A DNA stretch of 64,000 nucleotides from a virus (taxonomy: Duplodnaviria; Caudoviricetes): positions 1-64,000 of the IMG/VR virus record IMGVR_UViG_3300050821_004020. One strand, 5' to 3'. How positions within the stretch are numbered: the first letter of the stretch is position 1; every line of letters begins with the position of its first letter. Shown piece by piece: positions 39,662-49,816 of this stretch. The position numbers and the translations under genes were made by a program. The notes beneath the pieces were generated by a model, which was not told the origin of the DNA, made no database searches, and saw only the letters and a program-made list of their open reading frames with translations.

Positions 39662-40024
39662 TTATCCTCTCAGATTAATTTGAATTTGAAGTGATGCTGA
39701 TGCGGATGAATCAACAACTTGAATGGTGAATATAAACTGTCCTTTCTCGGTGGGTGTACCTGAAAGCAATCCCAACGGAGTTAGGACAATCCCTGTCGGG
39801 AGACTGCCCTGAGTAATGCTCCATGTTTGTGGCCCTGTGCCGCCCGCCGCCTGTAATTGAAATGAATACGGCACGCTCACTGACGCGACGGGTAAAGCGT
39901 TCGTTGTGATGGTTAACTTACGTTTTGCTGAGACTGCACTGGCGCAACCCAACACGAATGCCAATATCATCAGCTCTACCAGACCGAATAAAATTAATCG
40001 TCTCATTTCAGCCCCCTTTACCAC
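39662..40024 (-). CDS. Secreted/lipoprotein with one putative Ig domain
   Basis: LGC lipobox-like motif; AAGGTGPQTWSI..GSLPTG..L...G.LSGTPT. Confidence 0.75.
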   Translation of the reverse strand: MVKGAEMRRLILFGLVELMILAFVLGCASAVSAKRKLTITTNALPVASVSVPYSFQLQAAGGTGPQTWSITQGSLPTGIVLTPLGLLSGTPTEKGQFIFTIQVVDSSASASLQIQINLRG

Positions 40025-40229
40025 CAGGATTCCGTTCTTGTTGGCGGCTTTCTGTCAGTCTTTCTTCTCAGTGCATTCTTCACTTTAGCTGCTTCCGCTC
40101 GCCGCGCTGCAACTTCTTGGCAGTGAGGATCCGGCATGATGTTGTTTGCAATGCTCTCCTGCTCTCGTAATGAGCGGGGGCAAATTTGAAAGGACATGTT
40201 CACGCCTGTGAAACTGCTGCATTTTGTGA

Positions 40230-40559
40230 TCATTTCAACAACTTTCTTACCGCTTTCTTGTGAATGCAAACCGCGTGCGGATTAAACGATCTGGCTTCGC
40301 AGGAACAGTACAACCGCTTCTTTGTTCCGGTGACCAAATGAGTTACCCGTGCACGGCTGCGGCTTTGCACGGTAGAGTAAATCCGAATCCCGTGCCGGGG
40401 CTTCTTTGCAATCGTCAACGTCAACACCTTAGGCAACTTCTCTTTCTCTTTCATTATTCTCCTCCTAGAATTGCGTTCACTAGAATCCGTGCAACCAGCC
40501 AAGAGCCGCCTATGCAGGCAGCGGACAGCAGTAACAGCCACGCTAATGGGATCATCCAA
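40230..40559 (-). CDS. SWIM zinc-finger protein
   Basis: CSC-x10-CIH after a Y.V.S beta-hairpin. Confidence 0.6.
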   Translation of the reverse strand: MDDPISVAVTAVRCLHRRLLAGCTDSSERNSRRRIMKEKEKLPKVLTLTIAKKPRHGIRIYSTVQSRSRARVTHLVTGTKKRLYCSCEARSFNPHAVCIHKKAVRKLLK

Positions 40560-41071
40560 GTGGTCTTGCTAGCTAGCCAGATCTCGAGTTTCATTGTATC
40601 ATCCTCTAAAGGTGCCCAGCCATGACTAACGAAAAAGATAATCCGTATCTCGAGCTAGGCCTGTTGATCGCCGCGTGGGCGGCAGTCATTTACCTAAACT
40701 ACGTAGTATTCTTTCGTAACTAGCTCGAGCCGCGCCGCCCGTTTGACTCATACAGTATATTTCCGTCCAGATCCAAAATGCGGTAGCGCAGCATGCGGCC
40801 TGTCTGAGCCAGCACGGAAGAGTGCGGGCTGATATAGACCCACTCAGGCGGCGAAAAACAGCTGGTGACCAGTGCTTGGTAGATGCGCCCGCTTTCTGGA
40901 ACTACGAAATTTGAAATGATGTGCCGGTTCATCGGAACGCGCCCTCTCTCCGCATTTCCAAGAAACTAAAGAATGCGACCATGGCGACAGCTCCTAGGCC
41001 CAAGAAAAAGTACAGGGCAGCGTAGAGCATCACGGCGCAGAACCACTCCAATGGGCTTCCACCGGGGAGTT

Positions 41072-41524
41072 TCAAAACGGTATCTCCTCCGCGTTCAGCT
41101 CCGGGTTATTCTCAACGACGTCTGGGAGAGCTGGGCGTAGTGCGGCAGGCGTCCATGAGTAACTAGGGCGGGTGCTCCAGTGTTCTTGAAAGGATTGGCG
41201 CAGGCCGATCTCGACGCCGATCTTCTCAACGTAGTCCTTCGCGTCAGCAAGGCCTAGATCCAGCGTGCTACGAACTTCTTTAACCGCGTTGATTAGTTCG
41301 CGCTGCTTGAGGAAGGTGACAACGCGGTTGCGCAGGGACACCTCAGCTACATAGGACGCTGCCTCTAGCTCTGCATCGCGCAATTCATCTAGTGCAGTCC
41401 TGAGATGACGCAGTTCGCTTGCGTGAATATCAACGCCGACAAGCCTGCCAATGACTACATCGTCCGCTAAATAATCCGGCAGGGTAAAATCAAACGCTGA
41501 TGCAGCTTTTACTAGCTTTTCCAT
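41072..41524 (-). CDS. Protein with ribosomal L7/L12 C-terminal-like motif
   Basis: INAVKEVRSTLDLGLADAKDYVE matches the I.aIK.vR...g.gLkeAK..Ve pattern. Confidence 0.6.
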   Translation of the reverse strand: MEKLVKAASAFDFTLPDYLADDVVIGRLVGVDIHASELRHLRTALDELRDAELEAASYVAEVSLRNRVVTFLKQRELINAVKEVRSTLDLGLADAKDYVEKIGVEIGLRQSFQEHWSTRPSYSWTPAALRPALPDVVENNPELNAEEIPF

Positions 41525-41721
41525 TTAGCTCTCCCTTTGGATAAAATCACGAACTGTAATGCTGTCCAACCACAGACGGATTTGAACGAACGCCTTCTCT
41601 TGGATATGAAGCAATTGAGCTTGCTCCATCGGGCCCTCGTCAACGTCGATCAGGAGGATAGCTGCCTCGGTGCAAAGCTTCCCGGCCTTGGCCCAGGCTT
41701 CTCTCTTCTGTTGCGGTGTTA

Positions 41722-42162
41722 TCATGATTGTCCTTTCAGCCACTCTGGCAGTGGAATTGAAGCAATCGGGCGATAGATCAAGGCATCCTGTGTTTCATAA
41801 TCAAAAACATGGAATGCGCCTTCGCCCGCCTTCGTTACTTCCCGGCGAATCCGTCTGCTACCGCCGTCAGAAACTTTCAGCATGAGCCCATTGGCGCCCG
41901 TACGTACTGCAATGTGGAAACGCTTCACAAGTTTGATTCTTTGGACGAGAATATTGGCTGGGTCAAAGGTTATGAATACGGGCTCGTTCGCAACCTTCCA
42001 GTGAGGCTTGGGCGTAGGCTTGCCCTCAGTGAGTGCTGGTGTGGTCAACGCGTAGCCAGGATCAGAAAGGTCAATGGATTCCCAGTGCGCCACACCACGA
42101 CCAGACTGTAGCCAGCCAGCCAACAACCGGGCGTTATCCTCGTGAATGTTTAGAGTATTCAT
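41722..42162 (-). CDS. Hypothetical protein
   Basis: ORF in early region. Confidence 0.55.
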   Translation of the reverse strand: MNTLNIHEDNARLLAGWLQSGRGVAHWESIDLSDPGYALTTPALTEGKPTPKPHWKVANEPVFITFDPANILVQRIKLVKRFHIAVRTGANGLMLKVSDGGSRRIRREVTKAGEGAFHVFDYETQDALIYRPIASIPLPEWLKGQS

Positions 42163-42860
42163 GCGATCACGTCGTACTTACCGCCCTTTACGGGCACGTA
42201 TACGCCAATGCTGACGGCGAACTGGTACGCGGCGTCCATAATTAGGATTGCCTTGGTGTCGCCCGCTGCTTTGCGTTCACGGAGAGAGTCTTTCAATTCG
42301 TTAACACCACCGCCAGAGATGCCCTGGCCGCTGTAGCTGTCCCATTCACAGTTGTTGACGAACTCAATGCCCTTGGGAATGGGCATCTGTACGCCGATCA
42401 AATGCGGCGCTTTGCGGACATCGTCAAACGTTAACGCGTCAATAGCTGCGTCTGTTAGTGGGGTCCAATTGGAATTCTCCGCGAGGTGAAGCTCTGCGGC
42501 GCATGGTAGGCAGAAGCTCTCACCGTCAATAATCGTTTCATAGCGTTCCCAGGTGATGTTCTCAATCATCACCCGTTGGCAGCTGCAACACTCAAAGAAG
42601 CCCTCGCTGGGCGAGCCATAGTAACCGTCATGGTGTTCGCACAGAGTGAGGATCCCCTTGGGCTTGTCCGAGAAGATATCGTAATGCAGGTAGTGACGCA
42701 GTTCACCGGAACACTTGCTGGGTTCGTCGTGGTGAGTCCACTCGCAAACTAGCTTCTTGCGATCCAGCACACCGGTGCGGCAGGCCCGTTCGAGCTTTTT
42801 GTCGTAGCCTTTTGATTCTGCTTGCTCATTCAAAACTTTTAACGAGGGTAGAGACCACAT
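42159..42860 (-). CDS. Hypothetical Cys-rich protein
   Basis: Multiple Cys motifs; AGGAGG RBS. Confidence 0.6.
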   Translation of the reverse strand: MWSLPSLKVLNEQAESKGYDKKLERACRTGVLDRKKLVCEWTHHDEPSKCSGELRHYLHYDIFSDKPKGILTLCEHHDGYYGSPSEGFFECCSCQRVMIENITWERYETIIDGESFCLPCAAELHLAENSNWTPLTDAAIDALTFDDVRKAPHLIGVQMPIPKGIEFVNNCEWDSYSGQGISGGGVNELKDSLRERKAAGDTKAILIMDAAYQFAVSIGVYVPVKGGKYDVIA

Positions 42861-43891
42861 GATTCCTCCTTAAGAATTGTGCGATTCAAGAACGTTCGCT
42901 GTACCCACTTTGTTGCCGTTCACATCCCTCAGGGTGAATGGAAACTCTTTTAACCGTTCAATCTTTTCAGCCACTTCTCGGAGGATCCTGGGCAATTCGT
43001 TGTTGTCTTCAAATTGCTGCGTTGTCCATTTCGACATACATTTTGAATGTGGCCATCACTTCACCTCTCTAAATTCGACGCCGCGCGGGCAAATGACCAC
43101 CATGGGCTTGCGTCCTTGGGCGCAGGCATCCGCATACCGCTGCGCATCTGCGCGATCCGTCCACGCGTTACGCGTTGCCAACGTGGGTACACCGTCGTCA
43201 TCATTCAGGACCACGATGAAGCGCAGCTTTACCGGTCCCTCGAGCGAGATCCCGCCGTCCATCCTTAGAACGGCCATGTCCTGACCGCACTTCTCGCACG
43301 TTTCGCTGCCTACGCAAGTGTGATCTGCCAGCTTTTTGCTAAGACGTGGATTGATCATTGTGTCTCCCTAAAATTTGGCGGTACCCCTTTGCGCCTTGAC
43401 ATGTGGCCGGGGCCCTTGCGGGCGGTGCCAGCACATCAACTTGCCGTGGGTCAGGTGGGCGGTAGGCATGTATCCCACCGTCGGCCAACCGCCATCCAGT
43501 CTCCTAGGTGGCTGGGCTAACAACGCCTGTACTCTGGCTTTCGCCTGAGGATTCGGCCCTCTGCCGCACTTTCAGATGCGGCCCCTATTCCCTCTGGAGT
43601 ATCGCAGCACGCTTTGAACCTAGTCCAAACGACCAGTCACTTTCCTTGCTTGCCAAGTTGCTGCAGCAAAAACAAAGCTTCAAACTGCTTTCGCTTGGCG
43701 TCAAAACTTTCGTTGCTTCGTAACACCCGCTCGAGAAGCACTTTCATGTCAGCCTCCAAGAAAGCGTTCTGACCGTGCCTAGAAGCTGGTCGGCGGCTAT
43801 CAAAACGCTTACTTGGAAGGGGAGCCGCATGCCAGTAAACTTTGTACCCCTCTCAGGCCGCAGTACTTGGTGCTTGCTCCCTAACAAAACC

Positions 43892-43921
43892 ATTCTCTCA
43901 GAAAAGCCCAAAATTTGTCAA
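43892..43921 (-). promoter_or_regulatory. Sigma70-type early promoter
   Basis: AGTAC-TTGACA-18-GAGAAT. Confidence 0.55.
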
Positions 43922-43951
43922 GTACTGTTCTTTGAGTAGTACTATTTTGTT

Positions 43952-44221
43952 TTACACGCCTGGAAATTTGTACGGGATATTGCTGATCCAGCCATAACGA
44001 AATGCTAGCAGCACCCTGTACTCTTCAATTGTCAAATTCCCTTTCTGTGAATTGCACCAAAGGCACGCTGGTACGATGGTTCCACGCTGTCCTCTGCCGG
44101 TGCGCGATTTAGGGATAATATGATCCCAAGTGTGCTTGGGAAACTTTCTAGCATGCTGACGGGATCCCTTGAAGATCTCACAATTGCAATAAAAACAGAA
44201 TACACTCATTCGTGTTTCCAA
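43952..44221 (-). CDS. HNH endonuclease
   Basis: CFYC...TWDHIIPKSR.G...IVPACLWCNSQKG. Confidence 0.85.
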   Translation of the reverse strand: METRMSVFCFYCNCEIFKGSRQHARKFPKHTWDHIIPKSRTGRGQRGTIVPACLWCNSQKGNLTIEEYRVLLAFRYGWISNIPYKFPGV

Positions 44222-44338
44222 TAAGGCACCCGACCATGATTGGGCTCGCCCAGCGCATAGTCGCGTCTGGGTGACCTAGGTGGTTTCTTACGCTTATCTG
44301 GCATGACCTTGACAGCACCAGCTTTCGCAGCTTGTTTC

Positions 44339-44872
44339 CTAGCCCTGCGTTTTGCTTCCTTGACTTTGTTGTATCTCATGTCTGTGTCCGATCTTTTTAC
44401 CGGTTTTTGTGTCCGTCCATAGTATAGCACCATTGTTAGGCTTTCTGCGGCAATTCCTGTGATGGCATCCCGTGACGATATACTTGCTTATTTTATGACG
44501 CTGGACTACGACTTCCTGGCAATCCGTGCATGTACCGCGATACCGTCCTGGCTTCACAGCTATATGCTCAGGCGCACACGTTCTAGGGCGAGCCCCGACA
44601 CTGATGGCCGTTAACTTCCATAAACGCCCATGGCCGCTCACGGGGCAAATCGCATGCGCTATCTCATGCAGGATAGTGTTCCTGATATCGTCATCTGAAT
44701 TGTGCTCTACGTAGTATTTCGAGAGCAATATTCGCTTAGTACCTCGCTCGCATCGACCGCATATATTGGCGCGGTCCATCCAATGGAATGTCCAAATACC
44801 GTGATCTGGAAATAACAGCCGGTGCTGGATCATTAAGGATTCCGCAAGAGCCTGGGCGTCAGAGAGTTTCAT
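44339..44872 (-). CDS. SprT-like zinc metalloprotease
   Basis: G.C...I.LS...TILHEIAH...GHG.LWK..A..GA.P. Confidence 0.85.
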   Translation of the reverse strand: MKLSDAQALAESLMIQHRLLFPDHGIWTFHWMDRANICGRCERGTKRILLSKYYVEHNSDDDIRNTILHEIAHAICPVSGHGRLWKLTAISVGARPRTCAPEHIAVKPGRYRGTCTDCQEVVVQRHKISKYIVTGCHHRNCRRKPNNGAILWTDTKTGKKIGHRHEIQQSQGSKTQG

Positions 44873-45781
44873 CGTAGCACCCCCTGCAGCACTTGGCGCA
44901 CTTCATGAAAGCGGTGGCCGTCTTGAACTAGCTCACCAAGCTGGGTGAGGTATGCGTTAACTTCCGCTGTGGTTAACTCCTTGACCTTACCCGGCTCGAG
45001 GTTGTAAGCGGTGGCGTGACCGCCCAGGAGCTTGATGTCTGAAATCCGCAGGTTGTTGTCATCCGTTGCCCCGCAATAGTCAATCAAGCGCACGGACGCC
45101 TGTTTGATATCCGTGCCCTCTTCAACGACCAATAAGACGCAACCGCAGCCGATCTTAATCATTCGCATGTATATCTCCTAGCACGTAGTTGATAATAAAG
45201 TCGTGAGCCTCTTGCGCCGTCTCGAATGCGGCCAGCTTCTCATAAGAGCACACTTCAAACGAAGTCTTATAGTCACGCGGCACGTAGCGCTGAATGAAGA
45301 TGTGCCCGTCATTGCGCCGGATTACATAGAAGTTCTCAGTCATGGCGATGCCAAATAGCTTTGCGAGCCTTGGACGTGGTGACAATATTAAACGCGATCT
45401 CTGAGCTAAACGTGTGGCTGACGCCGCCCAGCTCGAGAATGAACATAATCTCGAGGTGGCGCTCGAGAGCGGATTTAATCCGGCGAGCCTCGCGGCGGCG
45501 CATGGCGGGACGTGGGACAATGATGCCCATTATTCCTCCGTAGCTGCTAGGAATGATTCCCACACTGCGTCGTCAGCCAGATCATTTATGTGACGGCGGC
45601 ATATTACAGCCAGGAGCTAGATCGTCAGCAATTAAGTCTTGAATGCTGAAATCGATGTCCTGGCCGACGCGCTTCTCAACTTCGCGTACTACGTCCCATA
45701 CCGCTACCGCAGCGGATTTAGCTGCTGCGATAATCTCGGCGCGTTCGTCATCCGTATACACCAGTTTGTCGCGGGATTTGG

Positions 45782-46090
45782 TCATGATTGCACCTTCACC
45801 ATCATAGCGGCCCATTCGGCGCCAGAGTGCTTGACAACAAACTCCATGGACCCCTCCGTGCCTGCTTTGACCTGGGCGCGGCTGGGGATGTAGTTGCCAT
45901 AGTAGTCATCCGCTGACATGGGGCCCAGCATGCACTTCCCGGCGCGGATGGCGTCCATCATAGCGCGTCCGTAGCTGCCTTGAAACGACCACGCTGAGCC
46001 AGAGTTGATGGCGCGTTGAATGCTCATGTAATACTCTTCCGGGGAATCCGCTTCGCCCTCAATGTTGTGAACGTCGTTTAGGTCGATCAT
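45782..46090 (-). CDS. Hypothetical early protein
   Basis: GGAGG RBS directly after promoter 46108-46136. Confidence 0.6.
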   Translation of the reverse strand: MIDLNDVHNIEGEADSPEEYYMSIQRAINSGSAWSFQGSYGRAMMDAIRAGKCMLGPMSADDYYGNYIPSRAQVKAGTEGSMEFVVKHSGAEWAAMMVKVQS

Positions 46091-46107
46091 TTTCGCCTCC
46101 GTTTAGA

Positions 46108-46146
46108 ACTGTATCGTGCTTTCAAAATAATGTCAAGTACTATTTT
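46108..46146 (-). promoter_or_regulatory. Sigma70-type early promoter
   Basis: AAAATAGTAC-TTGACA-17-TACAGT. Confidence 0.7.
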
Positions 46147-46924
46147 TGGGTATTTGCGCAGTGTGGGCAGGTCTTGCCTTTGCTATAGCCGTGAATTGGG
46201 CATTGAACGCCCTCTTCTGCGGTCCCGAATAAGAAGGCATAGAAAACAACTATGAATAGTATAGCAACAATGATAATGGTCATGTTTTTGCCTCGAAATA
46301 TTCCACGTCGTGATTTGGGTTTAGCATACCAATCCGTTGCAGCGTCTCAATACAGGCTAAATGCAAATACCAGATTCTACCCTGGAAAAGCTTTCCCTTA
46401 ATACGACCGTGCGCTAATTCGGGGTCAAGCGGCTCAGAGCACCATACGCAAATCTCCGTCATGGCTGTCTCCAAAATTTGATTGTGTCAAGGATGACAGG
46501 GCCCAGGAATGCCGTGCTCAGAATAAAGAGCGGGATTGCAATGAGAAGGAAAAGCATCAGTGTCCCTCCATGAGCGAAGCAAGGCTAATGAAAATGGAGA
46601 TAATTGATATGATAATCACCGCCTTATTTACCCAATGCAAATCATTCCAGCTCATCGTACCCCCTTATAGTGCTTGAAATCGTTTGTGCTGTACCGATCC
46701 TCGTCGCCGTCTAGATCGAAAGCTTCCAGTGGTTGCGCTATCCTGGCGTACTCTACAGCATCACGCCTGGATTGAAAGAAGGCCTCGTGAGCCTCGCAAT
46801 AGTCGCCGTTGTTCTCGCACTTGCAGCGGTCTGCCAAGGTGATGAACCACATCTAAACAAGGCTTGCAAGTGTGGCTGTCCTTGGAGGGGCCTTTACAGT
46901 ATTGGCACTTGCCGGATTGGTTGA

Positions 46925-47110
46925 TCATGCCATCCTCATCAGTAGTTCTTCAGCGCCGTACACCTTGGGCTGACCGCAGGATTCGCAGATGTAGTCTCGA
47001 GCGTCAGGTTCGACGCCATACGCTTCTGCGCCACAAGCAATGCAAAAGCCTGAGTCGCTGCCTTCTTCAATGGCGGTGACGATTCGTTTCAAGGTTACTT
47101 TGCGTTTCAT
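46925..47110 (-). CDS. Small Zn-ribbon protein
   Basis: GFCIACG...VEPDA..Y.CESCG..VYGAE. Confidence 0.65.
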   Translation of the reverse strand: MKRKVTLKRIVTAIEEGSDSGFCIACGAEAYGVEPDARDYICESCGQPKVYGAEELLMRMA

Positions 47111-47902
47111 TGCTCCTCCACGGTGGGCGCGTACGCCCGTATGGATTCATAGTGAATTTTAAATGCCTGCAGGCTGGCCCATAGCTCTGGCGCAGGCTGG
47201 TCAATCGGTGCTTGAAAATAGCCCAGCTTCATGTAGCCACAGGTGCAACGAATACCTGGGGTGCCTGTAAGCCCGTCAACAACGCGTTGCGGCCTGTGGA
47301 TCCATGGATAGGGCGAACCCGGGCAAGGCGTCTTGATTGGTACGAAGGCGTCGATCTCGGCGTTTAATTCGGTTATGGTTTGCATTTAGCTCTCCCTTGA
47401 AAAGCCCAGGACGGCGGCGGTGATGTACTTCTTAGCCTCTGCCAATGTGGGGAAGCTGGCCACAAAGATGCCACGGTCGTACAGCTTGCCGGGAATTGGC
47501 ACGGGCCGGTAAATTTCAAATACATGGGCGCTAACAGACGTGGAAACTTCAGCCACGCCCCAGCCCTTGAAGGTGAACTTACGAACCTCTGTGTTGCTGC
47601 TGCTGAAAGCTACCCGCAGGTTGCGCACCCCTCGTCCACGCGGCATTAGCGCTTCTCCAAGCTTGACGTTGACACCATGCAAAAGGCTTTGCTGGTATCG
47701 CCCAGTAGTCGTACGTAGCATTGGCCCATGGTGTTGGCCTTGGGGCAGCCGGGAAGATTGATCACTTGGACTAGATCGCCAACCTCGAGTGGGCAACCGT
47801 CGGTGAGCTTGGCGTTGCGGTCCATGAAGTAACCAGCGGTGAAACGGTAGATGCTGTTGACGCGTACTTTCATGATTCGTCTGCCTTTCTTGGGGCGATC
47901 AA

Positions 47903-47931
47903 AATGTATCAAAACACCGAATACCTGTCAA
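47903..47931 (-). promoter_or_regulatory. Sigma70-type early promoter
   Basis: TTGACA-17-TACATT with TG extended -10. Confidence 0.75.
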
Positions 47932-47969
47932 TAGTACTTCACTAGTACTTTGGAATAGTACCAGTAGAA

Positions 47970-48290
47970 CTACTTAGGCAGCACCGTGTTTGTGGCCTTG
48001 TCCACTTTCCCGGTAAAGTACATGTCACGCTCCACGGGCAAACCAAAGTGACCGCGTGCTTCTTTCAATTCTGAGAGCATGAAGTAGCCCTGCTCTTTTT
48101 CATGCCCGTCCACGAGCCCGTAAAAACGCCAATCGCCGTTTTCAAGCTTCTGACCTTCGAACACATACCATGTCCAGCTTGAGTCTGGTGTAAAGAACTT
48201 GACGATGACGGGCGAGATCTGCTGCTTCTCGCCTGAATAGAGCGGGTGCTTCTCGAGTTGCTTAATGATTGCAGCCGTGAGTAGTTTCAT
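47970..48290 (-). CDS. DUF2958-like protein
   Basis: MKLLT...VKFFTP...WTWY..E...FYGLV.G.E.E.GYF.LSEL...GLPVERD.YF. Confidence 0.75.
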   Translation of the reverse strand: MKLLTAAIIKQLEKHPLYSGEKQQISPVIVKFFTPDSSWTWYVFEGQKLENGDWRFYGLVDGHEKEQGYFMLSELKEARGHFGLPVERDMYFTGKVDKATNTVLPK

Positions 48291-48655
48291 GCGAATGCCT
48301 CCGCGTCGAATTTGTCCATGGCCGCGTTGAAGCCATCTGGATCGTTGTTGGCATAATTCCAATCGCTGATGATGTCCATGTCGTTGCCCAGAACGAGCAC
48401 TACGCTGTGCTCCTCGACGCCATTGGTGAAATAAACGCGGGCGTCGTCCAGGTTGAAGATAATCTCCATCGCGGCCTGCATGCTGTTAGTGTCCACGTTG
48501 TCTTCGCCGTCGTACACTGTGGAAACTTTCCAACCGTTCTTGGCAAGATGCAGGAACAAATTCCAAACGATCCTTCGCTCGCGGATAGTGCGAGCTGGCG
48601 GCTGTCCGCCCTTGTACAGAATTTTGTCAATCTCGAGCTGAGGTGCATTTTCCAT
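48287..48655 (-). CDS. Hypothetical early protein
   Basis: AAGGAG RBS; coupled to the next ORF. Confidence 0.6.
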   Translation of the reverse strand: MENAPQLEIDKILYKGGQPPARTIRERRIVWNLFLHLAKNGWKVSTVYDGEDNVDTNSMQAAMEIIFNLDDARVYFTNGVEEHSVVLVLGNDMDIISDWNYANNDPDGFNAAMDKFDAEAFA

Positions 48656-48963
48656 GTTAATTCTCCTTTTTGATTTGATCTAGATTTACTGTGATCAACA
48701 ATGATGCAGATTGCGCTTTGACTTTCGTGCCTGCTACGGTGTTCTCTAATGCTACAACAGTACCACTAAGTATACGACCGTCGTACATGTCAATGGTGAT
48801 GCGGTCGCCGGGTTTGAGTTGCTGCCACTTCTTTTTCATTAGCCCCTCCATGCGGATCGAATCACGCGCACCACGAGATACAGCATGAACAAGCAGAACG
48901 CGATGACGGTTAGCCACACCAACACATAGCCAATGAGAAACACGATTATCCAAAATGCGTCGA

Positions 48964-49359
48964 TCATATCTTCACCTCGAGTAACTTGGTTAGGTTGGCT
49001 GCGTTAACCCAGACGTGAGCAGTTGCAGGCTTGCCGCAGAATGTGCCGTTCTCGACCAATGCGAAGCCCTCAGGCAGACGATTGAGGGTGACGACGCCAT
49101 TCTGTACGGTTACATCCTGATTCGAGCCATTAGCGCCGTTCAGGTCGTAATAAGGGTGCGTAGAGGTTGGGAGCGCTTTGGTGCGGTTTGTGGCCAGCTC
49201 AACTAGGGCATAGTAGGATTTGCTGCCGCCGTCCCAATATGAGTTAATGCTCACGGAGCTGAATTCGCTAAGAAACGCGGAGTGCTTCTTGTACCCGGGG
49301 AATGCAGCCTGAATGACCGCTTTGACTTCAGGCGCCAATTTCAGGTTGATGGTTTGCAT
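48964..49359 (-). CDS. Hypothetical protein, first gene of the left arm
   Basis: AGGAGGAG RBS, ATG 49359, behind promoter 49383-49411. Confidence 0.65.
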   Translation of the reverse strand: MQTINLKLAPEVKAVIQAAFPGYKKHSAFLSEFSSVSINSYWDGGSKSYYALVELATNRTKALPTSTHPYYDLNGANGSNQDVTVQNGVVTLNRLPEGFALVENGTFCGKPATAHVWVNAANLTKLLEVKI

Positions 49360-49382
49360 TGCTCCTCCTGCGGGACGGTCAA

Positions 49383-49411
49383 AATGTATCAAACGGGCGA
49401 GAACGTGTCAA
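49383..49411 (-). promoter_or_regulatory. Sigma70-type early promoter
   Basis: TTGACA-17-TACATT with TG extension. Confidence 0.75.
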
Positions 49412-49436
49412 GAACTATTTTGATCTATTTTGGGTG

Positions 49437-49816
49437 TGTCATCAAATGCTCTGATGACATCTAATTTGACATTTGGTGTTGTTAGCAAAGGACTTATTGT
49501 CTGTCATCATCGGGGCAACCAGTAAGCCACCATCTAATTACCATCGAATTACTGATTTTTAGTGATCTCCATATTTAAAAAAGAGAAAATAACCGGGAGA
49601 ATATAGATATAAAGACGTTTGTGGCTTACCGGTCTTGCGATGATGACATGCACCTTAAGTGCAATGGAATGAATGAATCGAGTATCACTGTGTGTCATCA
49701 GCGATTTGATGACACTAGAGTCGCCCCCCTGATTTGATTGAGCTTTGATGTCACACAGAGTGGATCGTGCGTCCTGGTCCTCGAGCGTGCGCTGGATGGG
49801 CATCTGTATGTCATCA
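49437..49816. repeat. Cluster of seven TGATGACA/TGTCATCA octamers (iteron-like)
   Basis: Copies at 49437, 49452, 49502, 49641, 49693, 49707, 49809; two form inverted pairs. Confidence 0.7.
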
